Source: Candidatus Saccharimonadia bacterium (GTDB lineage: Bacteria; Patescibacteriota; Saccharimonadia; UBA4664). Taken from it: a DNA stretch of 64,000 nt. The position numbers and the translations under genes were made by a program. A model generated the notes under the pieces. It did no database searches. It was not told the DNA's origin and saw only the letters and a list, made by a program, of their open reading frames with translations. The stretch lies in contig JBGTMQ010000009.1 in the NCBI GenBank assembly GCA_041743505.1, positions 40,012 to 104,011 of the forward strand, in the 5' to 3' direction. Below, piece by piece: positions 1 through 6,695 of the stretch. How positions within the stretch are numbered: position 1 is the first letter of the stretch; every line of letters starts with the position of its first letter.

Positions 1-668
1 CGCTTCTTCTGCTCCGGGTCAAACCGCCACCACGGCCGCTGGTACTTGTACTCGTCAACGTTATCAAGGTGGTAGAAAGGCGTCGCAATGGCCAGAACCG
101 GCCACAGCAATGACAGAGCCGCCTGGCCAAAGATGCCCCAGAAACGCCACACCTGCAGCACGTACCAAAGCGACTGGAACCGGTTGAGCCAAGCCAGCCG
201 GTCTTCAAACCAGACCTTGTCATCCGGCTTCGCCGGCATGTCAAGACCCCAGCTGTAGTAGAAGGCCACGTCGTGCCAGTACTTCGTCTGCAGGGGCTCA
301 CCAGTCTGTCGCTGATGGACCCGCCGGGCCACATACATGCCCCACATCTTACGCAGAGGTGCAGTTATGAAGCACAGGAAGGCGATGACCATATAGGCGA
401 AGACTGTGTTCCACACAATTTGTGCAGCGTAAAGCGCAGCGACCCCCAAAAACAGGGGCACCCCAAGCCACGGCACACTCACGCGACGGCGCTGCGCCTT
501 CTTGAGGTCGATTACAGGAGACTTCGACCTGCAGCGGACCGGATCCCAACGGACGTCACTGGCACGCAGTACAACCACGTAGTACCAGAGCAGATTGAGG
601 AATCCGCCACCAATAAAAATGATGGCCAGCCAGATCATTGGGAGACGTTCAATGAACGATTGCAACAT
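1..668 (-). CDS. integral membrane protein, N-terminal ~222 aa only (gene continues beyond window start); family not recognised
   Basis: Open minus-strand frame from ATG (complement 666-668; AGGAGG 7 nt upstream) to the window edge; translation MLQSFIERLPMIWLAIIFIGGGF... has several hydrophobic spans. Absent from ORF track because no stop lies in the window; the + ORF 273..683 on the opposite strand looks spurious. Confidence 0.5.
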   Translation of the reverse strand, partial: MLQSFIERLPMIWLAIIFIGGGFLNLLWYYVVVLRASDVRWDPVRCRSKSPVIDLKKAQRRRVSVPWLGVPLFLGVAALYAAQIVWNTVFAYMVIAFLCFITAPLRKMWGMYVARRVHQRQTGEPLQTKYWHDVAFYYSWGLDMPAKPDDKVWFEDRLAWLNRFQSLWYVLQVWRFWGIFGQAALSLLWPVLAIATPFYHLDNVDEYKYQRPWWRFDPEQKK

Positions 669-794
669 AACCATCCCTCCTAAGGGGAGTCGGAAATAAT
701 GCTGTATATCATATTAACACATAATGATTAGTTTGTAAAGAAAAAAGCCCCCGGCAAGCTGTCAGAGACGCTCACTAGGGGCAAAACCGCAAAA

Positions 795-1751
795 CTATTT
801 ATCAATCTCTCTTATTTTCCGGTGACTCAACCGCGAAATCTCGGCCATTACGGCGTCGCTAAATTCCTGGCGGTCAGCCGCCGTGGCATTATCAGACTGG
901 TAGGGCGGGTGGATCAGCCGGCCAAAGTGGATCTCGACACGGCACATCAGGCGCAACCACCCCTTCAGCGGCTTCACCTGTTCAGTGCCAATAAGCGCCA
1001 CCGGCAATACCGGTGTGCCAGTACGAAAAGCCATGTGAGCCATGCCATGCTTGGCCGGCAGCAAGTATTCATCCGGTGCGCAGCCACCTTCCGGAAACAC
1101 CCCCACCGCGCCATCTTGCTCCAGTACCAGCTCGCCGGCCTTAGCAGCCTCAACCGCCGCGTTGGATCCACGCGCCACCGGAATATGCCCCATCCAGCGA
1201 AGCAGGCGTCCAAAAACCGGAATCTTAAACAGCTCAGCCGCCGCCAAAAACGCCACGTCACGCCGCAGTGCGCCGAACACAAACAACGGATCACTAATCG
1301 ACTGATGGTTCGGACATATCAGCACCCGCCCGGAAGCCGGTACATTCTCGCGGCCGCTTACCGTTACACGAGTGAAAACCCGCATCCGTGCTCCCAGTGA
1401 AAGCCAAAGCCGGACAAAACCGACTACCAATCGCACACGCCGAAGTAGTGACCTTGCCTTCGGATTCTCCGCCTCCTTTGCAAGATGCTTCATTCGCCAG
1501 CTACGCAGCAGGATTCCAATACCGAGAAAAGCTAGCCAACCAAGCAGCTGGGCATAGACCAAAAGCGTATAAGAAGCTCCGGTCACTTGGTGTAAAAAAT
1601 CAGCCGTGAAATAAGCTGCCAGCATACACATGGCTACACTAAAGAGTAAAAGCAGCAATCGCGAAAATTGGGACTTTGGCAGGTCGCTAAAATGTAGTCC
1701 AAAAAAGACCACCCAAAATCCCACCGCAGCGCACAAGGTAGCTATCAACAT
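795..1751 (-). CDS. plsC: 1-acyl-sn-glycerol-3-phosphate acyltransferase (lysophospholipid acyltransferase) with N-terminal TM segments
   Basis: Acyltransferase HX4D motif (NHQSISD) and FPEGG motif in the 318 aa ORF; N-terminal hydrophobic helices. Confidence 0.8.
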   Translation of the reverse strand: MLIATLCAAVGFWVVFFGLHFSDLPKSQFSRLLLLLFSVAMCMLAAYFTADFLHQVTGASYTLLVYAQLLGWLAFLGIGILLRSWRMKHLAKEAENPKARSLLRRVRLVVGFVRLWLSLGARMRVFTRVTVSGRENVPASGRVLICPNHQSISDPLFVFGALRRDVAFLAAAELFKIPVFGRLLRWMGHIPVARGSNAAVEAAKAGELVLEQDGAVGVFPEGGCAPDEYLLPAKHGMAHMAFRTGTPVLPVALIGTEQVKPLKGWLRLMCRVEIHFGRLIHPPYQSDNATAADRQEFSDAVMAEISRLSHRKIREIDK

Positions 1752-1772
1752 ATCAAGTCCCTAGCGGTCATC

Positions 1773-1791
1773 TCACGAGACGGTCTCGTGA
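1773..1791. promoter_or_regulatory. perfect 9-bp-arm palindrome TCACGAGAC-G-GTCTCGTGA in the divergent plsC/exonuclease intergenic region (operator-like)
   Basis: Read directly: tcacgagacggtctcgtga, a self-complementary site between two divergently transcribed genes. Confidence 0.4.
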
Positions 1792-1844
1792 AGCACTACA
1801 TACTATACTATAAATCGACGCATATGTCTGTACCGAATCAATGC

Positions 1845-1873
1845 TTGCGTTCGCTTATTGTTCGGTTTATAAT
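1845..1873 (+). promoter_or_regulatory. sigma70-like promoter (TTGCGT-N17-TATAAT) ending 7 nt before ATG 1881 (leaderless-type)
   Basis: -35 TTGCGT 1845-1850, -10 TATAAT 1868-1873, ATG at 1881. Confidence 0.45.
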
Positions 1874-1880
1874 CTGCCGT

Positions 1881-3296
1881 ATGCAGGGTGCTACTCAATT
1901 ACCGCTCGTCTTCGTCGACATTGAAACCACCGGCAGTAGTTACATCTACGGCCGGGTACTTGAAGTCGCCGCCATCAGAGTAGAGAACAACCGCGTTGTC
2001 GATGAGTTCTCAACCTTGTTAAATCCCATCGGCTATGTCCCTGAGCCTATTACCCGCCTCACCGGTATCACCAGCCAGGACGTCCAGGGCCAGCCGCAGT
2101 TTGAAGAAATAGCCGGCCGGCTGGCAGCCATCATGAACGGAGCTACTTTTGTAGCCCACAACGTCCGTTTCGATTATTCCTTTATCAAGCGCGAATTTGC
2201 CCGTCTTGAGCAAGACTTTTCGCCAAAGTTGTTGTGCACTGTCCGTTTGTCGCGCAGTCTGTTCCCACAATACCGGCAGCACAATCTTCAGGCGCTCATT
2301 GAGCGTCACCAACTCCAAGTCTCAGCCCGACACCGCGCGTACGAGGACGCTCTAGCTTTATGGCAGTTTTACCAGCTCGTGTTGCACGAATTTGATCTCG
2401 ACACCATTGAAAGCGCACTCAACCTGCAATACAAGCGCCAAACCTTGCCGTCCCACCTGAACGAGTCCGACATCCAGCGCCTACCGGACACACCGGGCGT
2501 GTATATCCTCGAGAGTGACGAGCCTACTCCGCTATACATAGGCAAGAGCGTCAACATTCGCCAACGAGTATTATCACATTTCAATAATGACCTTCAAAAA
2601 ACCAGCGAGCTCCAGATCAGCCAGGCCGTCCGCAACATCACCACCATCAAAACCACCGGCGAATTAGGTGCCTTACTCCTCGAATCACGGCTCATCAAAG
2701 AACAGCAGCCACTGCACAATAAACGTCTTCGGAGCATTTCCGAGCTCACTGCCATAACTGAAACCACCAATGCTACCGGATATTTCAGCGCCTCACTCGA
2801 GCAAGGCGGAAATATAGATACCACACTCGGGCTCTACCGCACCATGGGTGTAGCCAAACGCGCCATCGTTGCTTTAGCCGATGAGTACCGGCTTTGCAAA
2901 AAACTTTTAGGCGTGGAAAAAACCCAAGGAGCCTGTTTTGGCCACCAGCTCCATAAATGCGCCGGCGCCTGCATCGGCCAGGAACCCGTGGGTTTATACA
3001 ACACCCGGTTTAACCAAGCCTTTCAAGCCTCCCGCATCCAGCAGTGGCCCTACGACGGCGCCATCCTAATAACCGAGCGGCATCCATTTGTACCGGGAGC
3101 TACAGCCTACCTCATTAATAATTGGAGCCTTGTCGCCCAGATCGACGAAGACGAAAGCGGGGAAGTAGTCATCCGGGAACTAAACCAAGAGTTTGACCTG
3201 GATGCCTACAAAATCGTTTCCAGCTACCTTCGTTCGCCGGTAGCCCGCCGCACCGTCAAGCAGGTAAACGAAGCCGACGTGCTAGCCTTTGCCTAA
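1881..3296 (+). CDS. DnaQ-like 3'-5' exonuclease (Pol III epsilon family) fused to a GIY-YIG nuclease domain
   Basis: N-terminal VFVDIETTG...HNVRFDYSFI (DEDDh exonuclease motifs) and central GVYILESDEPTPLYIGKSVNIRQRV (GIY-YIG). ORF track extends to 1788, but 1881 sits 7 nt after a TATAAT and clear of the divergent plsC start. Confidence 0.8.
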   Translation: MQGATQLPLVFVDIETTGSSYIYGRVLEVAAIRVENNRVVDEFSTLLNPIGYVPEPITRLTGITSQDVQGQPQFEEIAGRLAAIMNGATFVAHNVRFDYSFIKREFARLEQDFSPKLLCTVRLSRSLFPQYRQHNLQALIERHQLQVSARHRAYEDALALWQFYQLVLHEFDLDTIESALNLQYKRQTLPSHLNESDIQRLPDTPGVYILESDEPTPLYIGKSVNIRQRVLSHFNNDLQKTSELQISQAVRNITTIKTTGELGALLLESRLIKEQQPLHNKRLRSISELTAITETTNATGYFSASLEQGGNIDTTLGLYRTMGVAKRAIVALADEYRLCKKLLGVEKTQGACFGHQLHKCAGACIGQEPVGLYNTRFNQAFQASRIQQWPYDGAILITERHPFVPGATAYLINNWSLVAQIDEDESGEVVIRELNQEFDLDAYKIVSSYLRSPVARRTVKQVNEADVLAFA

Positions 3297-3321
3297 AAAA
3301 AGAGCCCCGCAAGCGGGGCTC
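3295..3321. terminator. rho-independent terminator hairpin (AGCCCCGC-AA-GCGGGGCT) flanked by an A6 run; serves convergent genes, T-run on minus strand
   Basis: 8-bp GC stem 3303-3310/3313-3320 with aaaaaa at 3295-3300 (U-tract for the minus-strand gene 3422..3718). Confidence 0.6.
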
Positions 3322-3421
3322 CATCGAGCACTCTCTTGCGGAGCGGGCTGTATCAGCCAAGGGGAACATGAACGTAGTCGGCCCCGTTATCCCGGCGACA
3401 CAGTCGCCTCATCAACATAGA

Positions 3422-3718
3422 TTACTCCTTGCTCTCAAGCGCAGTCGAATTCCGGCGCTGCTTCCCGGCACGAACAGACCAACAAGCCCAAACAACTCCT
3501 CCAACCACCCAGAGTAGACCGCCGATGAGGAGAGCGTAGGACAAGCCGTCGTAGGAAATACCGGTCACGAGATGGACTCCGTAAGCGGTAAAGCAGGCGG
3601 CAGCGGTATAGGCTAGCACCATGAGCACAGGGTTACCTGCAGAAGTACTCAGATTCCGGAAGCAACAGAAGAAAGCTACCCAAAAGGCAGCCGCAAGAGC
3701 CAACATCACTACCCACAT
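3422..3718 (-). CDS. small membrane protein (98 aa, 3 predicted TM helices), hypothetical
   Basis: Hydrophobic ORF MWVVMLALAAAFWVAFF...; no recognisable family. Confidence 0.45.
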   Translation of the reverse strand: MWVVMLALAAAFWVAFFCCFRNLSTSAGNPVLMVLAYTAAACFTAYGVHLVTGISYDGLSYALLIGGLLWVVGGVVWACWSVRAGKQRRNSTALESKE

Positions 3719-3897
3719 GTTAATCCCCTTGAGGTCACTCCAAAGGACAATCCCATGAAGATACTTATATTATACTATAGATACATGAAATTGTCCAGTA
3801 TGCACTATGCGTCGCTACAATTCGCTCCAAAGAAAAAGGCCCGGAGGCCGGCCAGCGCATAACACGCCAACCGGTCCCCGGGACCAAGTGTCTCGCA

Positions 3898-5514
3898 CTA
3901 CTTGTCCTCAGGACGCTTCGTCCAGATCTCCACGACGTTGCAGTGTCGGCGCGACAGCCTTACCCGAACGCCCCCATACGCTCCCTGAAGATTCTCGGAC
4001 AGGGTCTTGGGTGGGCTATCGGACTGGCCAGACCAGCCACCGCGCCTAATCGAACCGACAGCGGTACCTGGGTAACCGCGCTGCGGCAGCCAAGTGCGCC
4101 AGGCAATGCGCGACACATCTAGACGCATCTGGAGACCAGGCAGCACTTGCTGCCAGTTTTCGCCGAGTTCGAATTCGAGTGGCTGGACTGACCAGCCATC
4201 TTCATCGTACTTGGGCGATTCGGCCATCTGCACCGTCACCTCATTTTCCGTACCCCAACCTAGCCCCAAATTCCGGTCCGCGAAAGACACGCGAACTGCC
4301 GGAGTCAGGTCCTGGGTGGTACCGCTCTGGAAGTAGCCCAGTACGACCCAACCATGATCATCGGTGAATTGCTCCACCACATAGCGGTAGGAATCCTGAT
4401 AGTCATACCGGACCCTGAGCTTATCGCCCAAATAGGTCATGGTATCAGCCATCGCCAGGGTAGTAGGCGGACTCCAGTTGGCCGGCTCCTCAACCGGTTC
4501 GAATGTTCCGGTCTGAATCCAATAAGTCCCTTGCGAAGACATCATGAGGCGCATGGTTGGGGTAATGGAGACCCAATCCTGGATCACCTCGGGGATATCC
4601 CATGTGCTGCCACCAGGAGCCGTAACCCGAAGGCCGTAAATGTCACGGCTAGAACTACGGTACCCATCGCCACGAATGAACCGAAACGAGTACCCCTCTG
4701 ACAGGTTCTTGCGTTCCACCCAGAAGGCATCCTTCATCTCACCCCAGATGGGCTCGCATTCCAGCAGCAGCTGATAACTGGTAGCTTGACGGAATTCGAT
4801 CTTCCGTGGGTAGTCAGCTCCAACCCAAAACCGGGCCTGCAAACCAGGAGCAATTGTCCGCCAAGTACGGGTCGCGCGGAAGTACTTCGAGGTACTCCAC
4901 TCCAACTCTGGGAACAAGCGCGTTGCGCGCTGCACCAGAATGCCACTGTTATGGGGCGATCCCCGGTACCGGACAGCCCCACCCAGATACATCCAGTCGT
5001 CGCCCATCTTATCTTCCTTGCTCCAAGGCTCAGACCAGATGTGCTCCGGCTCGGGAGCATGAAGCGGCTGGCGCTTGGAAACAGTCAGCAGACGGTCACC
5101 TTCTTCAACAGACGTAGCCACCTGAATCCGCAGCTCCCGGGTAACCCGTCGCCACTGATCAGTACCTTCAAACTGCTCCACGGAGGACCACAAGCAGTCG
5201 TCATTGTGAGCATGCGACCGCTCGCAATCACGGCGAGTACGGACCTCAACACCACCGGGAATTACCCGCACCTCCATGTCACAGCCGGCGATACCGTCCA
5301 GAGGACGCCACGCCGGACCGGCGTACAGGCGGAACGGTACACCCCAGGGGGTCAAGTCATCCTGGAGTTGATGCAGCACACCAACCCATTGGGCAGCCAG
5401 GTCAGGATCTAGTCCAACTCTGACGAGATCGTCAGCGGTCAGGCCGGCGGTTGCCATCGTGGTATCAAACTGGTTTCCCTGGCCAATGGTGGCCAAATGC
5501 AGTCGCCTGGTCAT
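3898..5514 (-). CDS. hypothetical protein, 538 aa, Trp/Arg-rich, no recognisable domain (orphan)
   Basis: Long uninterrupted ORF. Composition is unusual (many W, R, G; predicted beta-rich), no catalytic motifs recognised. Lone minus-strand gene with an AT-rich upstream region. Confidence 0.55.
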   Translation of the reverse strand: MTRRLHLATIGQGNQFDTTMATAGLTADDLVRVGLDPDLAAQWVGVLHQLQDDLTPWGVPFRLYAGPAWRPLDGIAGCDMEVRVIPGGVEVRTRRDCERSHAHNDDCLWSSVEQFEGTDQWRRVTRELRIQVATSVEEGDRLLTVSKRQPLHAPEPEHIWSEPWSKEDKMGDDWMYLGGAVRYRGSPHNSGILVQRATRLFPELEWSTSKYFRATRTWRTIAPGLQARFWVGADYPRKIEFRQATSYQLLLECEPIWGEMKDAFWVERKNLSEGYSFRFIRGDGYRSSSRDIYGLRVTAPGGSTWDIPEVIQDWVSITPTMRLMMSSQGTYWIQTGTFEPVEEPANWSPPTTLAMADTMTYLGDKLRVRYDYQDSYRYVVEQFTDDHGWVVLGYFQSGTTQDLTPAVRVSFADRNLGLGWGTENEVTVQMAESPKYDEDGWSVQPLEFELGENWQQVLPGLQMRLDVSRIAWRTWLPQRGYPGTAVGSIRRGGWSGQSDSPPKTLSENLQGAYGGVRVRLSRRHCNVVEIWTKRPEDK

Positions 5515-5563
5515 AGTGACTGGGCTCCCTTCAAACTTCCGTCGACTAGCCGGTTGGCTGGTC

Positions 5564-5617
5564 TTTGAGAACGGCTCGCTAGGACCAAGCTATTAGACCC
5601 AGTAAGCCGTTCTCAAA
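5564..5617. other. long hairpin (13-bp stem TTTGAGAACGGCT / AGCCGTTCTCAAA, 28-nt loop) upstream of the 538-aa orphan gene
   Basis: Exact 13-nt inverted repeat read in sequence; not followed by a U-tract on either strand, so unlikely to be a simple terminator. Confidence 0.4.
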
Positions 5618-5705
5618 ATTAGACAAGTAGTAGATTGTCAAAAGACATGCCCTATATGTTAGCATAAACGCCGCAAAAAGTCAATATTTCACCCGTGATT
5701 AAAAA

Positions 5706-5734
5706 TTGACACGATAGCAAGATAGTAGTATTAT
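5706..5734 (+). promoter_or_regulatory. sigma70-like promoter TTGACA-N17-TATTAT
   Basis: Consensus -35 at 5706-5711, -10 TATTAT 5729-5734, 17-nt spacer; ~55 nt upstream of small ORF 5791. Confidence 0.5.
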
Positions 5735-5790
5735 ATGCAGCGACCAACCCATGATCTAGCCTTCAGTTAGAACCGATCAAAGGATGCGCT

Positions 5791-5967
5791 ATGAGTGATG
5801 ACATTGTGCCGGCCGACAACGAAGGGCCCCCTCCCCACAAACTCACTCGGGGTGAGGCCGCTGCTTTACTAGCAAAACTCTTCATGGAGAATGCCGACGC
5901 CGACAACAACGCCGCCAACAGCGATCTAATTGCGGAACTTCGTAAGCGCCAAAGAGACGAGTCGTAA
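5791..5967 (+). CDS. small hypothetical protein (58 aa, acidic/low-complexity)
   Basis: ATG preceded by AAGGA (7-nt spacer) downstream of the consensus promoter; MSDDIVPADNEGPPPHKLTRGEAAALLAKLF... Below the 60-aa ORF-track cutoff and overlaps a probably spurious minus ORF (5763..6212). Confidence 0.3.
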   Translation: MSDDIVPADNEGPPPHKLTRGEAAALLAKLFMENADADNNAANSDLIAELRKRQRDES

Positions 5968-6113
5968 ACCCCATCAACCTGCCACTCTGGCACCCAACCT
6001 CCGCTCATGACGGCTATCACTAACCGTCGTGGGCGACTTTTTATCAAAACCAAACGACAACCCGCGTGCAGTACAATAGAATCGGCCGCATATCCGCAGA
6101 GATTGGGAGCATC

Positions 6114-6239
6114 ATGACCCAATACGAACTGAGCCGGGACGGCTCCAAAAGCTACCGGCGCCTGACCATCGAGCAGGGTATCGACGATATCCGCCCACTG
6201 ATCGAACTTCAACGCCAGCTACGCAAGATCTGCAAATAG
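6114..6239 (+). CDS. small hypothetical ORF (41 aa), stop overlaps the GTG of the next ORF (TAGTG)
   Basis: GGGAG RBS 5 nt upstream of ATG; MTQYELSRDGSKSYRRLTIEQGIDDIRPLIELQRQLRKICK; possibly the 5' piece of a frameshifted gene continued in 6239..6601. Confidence 0.2.
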   Translation: MTQYELSRDGSKSYRRLTIEQGIDDIRPLIELQRQLRKICK

Positions 6240-6601
6240 TGCTAGCCACCGGAGAAACAGCCATTACCGGCGACGTCACTATTTCGGGAACCCAGCTGGC
6301 GCTCTTTGGCTCAGCAAATCGCCCGGTCATTGTCGTGAAGCTATCTAGAGACATCGACTGGCTAAAACACCGGCAGCCGGTTATGGATGCGCTCACCCAG
6401 TTCCTGCTAACTTGCGGCATCAAACAGCCCCGGAAGTTCATGCGCACCAGCCCAAATCTCCGCTTCGGAACCGAAGAAGCCTATATGCCACACCTAACCC
6501 TCGGCACAGCACCCCGCGATACACCAATCGCAGCCGTCAAGTTTACATCCATCCCGATCATCCTCGGCCCAACCACCATCCGGGGCGCAATCCGGCAATA
6601 A
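6239..6601 (+). CDS. hypothetical protein (120 aa); C-terminal H-L-T-L-G motif, possible remnant of a 2H (LigT-like) phosphoesterase
   Basis: GTG-start ORF. HLTLGTAPRD resembles the second HxT/Sx motif of 2H phosphoesterases but a clean first motif is missing (DVTIS at the expected place). Confidence 0.3.
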   Translation: MLATGETAITGDVTISGTQLALFGSANRPVIVVKLSRDIDWLKHRQPVMDALTQFLLTCGIKQPRKFMRTSPNLRFGTEEAYMPHLTLGTAPRDTPIAAVKFTSIPIILGPTTIRGAIRQ

Positions 6602-6629
6602 CCCAACTCGACACGAACAACCCCATGAG

Positions 6630-6663
6630 CCTCTAGTACGCATTTATTACTGCGTACTAGAGG
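6630..6663 (+). other. perfect 13-bp inverted repeat (CCTCTAGTACGCA-tttattac-TGCGTACTAGAGG) between the LigT-like ORF and the pnkp-like gene; terminator or operator
   Basis: Exact hairpin read in sequence, followed by cttt and then a TACAAT -10 (6672-6677) ahead of ATG 6696. Confidence 0.45.
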
Positions 6664-6695
6664 CTTTAAGCTACAATCCAAATCCAGCGATCTGA

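Noticed and set aside
273-683. Plus-strand 136-aa ORF at the window start
   Set aside because: Its translation is compositionally implausible. The opposite strand carries an open membrane-protein frame with a good RBS that runs off the window edge, so the plus ORF is an antisense artefact.
822-1400. Numerous 60-210-aa ORFs antisense to or nested within large genes, e.g. 822..1400, 4786..5412, 25217..25780, 49627..50262, 35582..36112
   Set aside because: They lie inside longer, motif-supported genes on the opposite strand or in another frame. Their translations are low-complexity (Arg/Pro/Ser/Ala-rich), as expected from high GC content, and none has an independent start context.
3719-3745. 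10-11 nt identity (AATCCCCTTG) to the 3' end of tRNA-Glu as a possible att-site repeat bounding the island
   Set aside because: The match is short, inverted relative to the tRNA, and within chance expectation for a 64-kb window; not accepted as an attachment-site repeat.
5763-6212. Minus-strand 149-aa ORF overlapping the small plus-strand ORFs
   Set aside because: It has no RBS or promoter support and overlaps a plus-strand region that has a consensus promoter and RBS-preceded small ORFs; likely a GC-rich antisense artefact, though neither reading is strongly supported.
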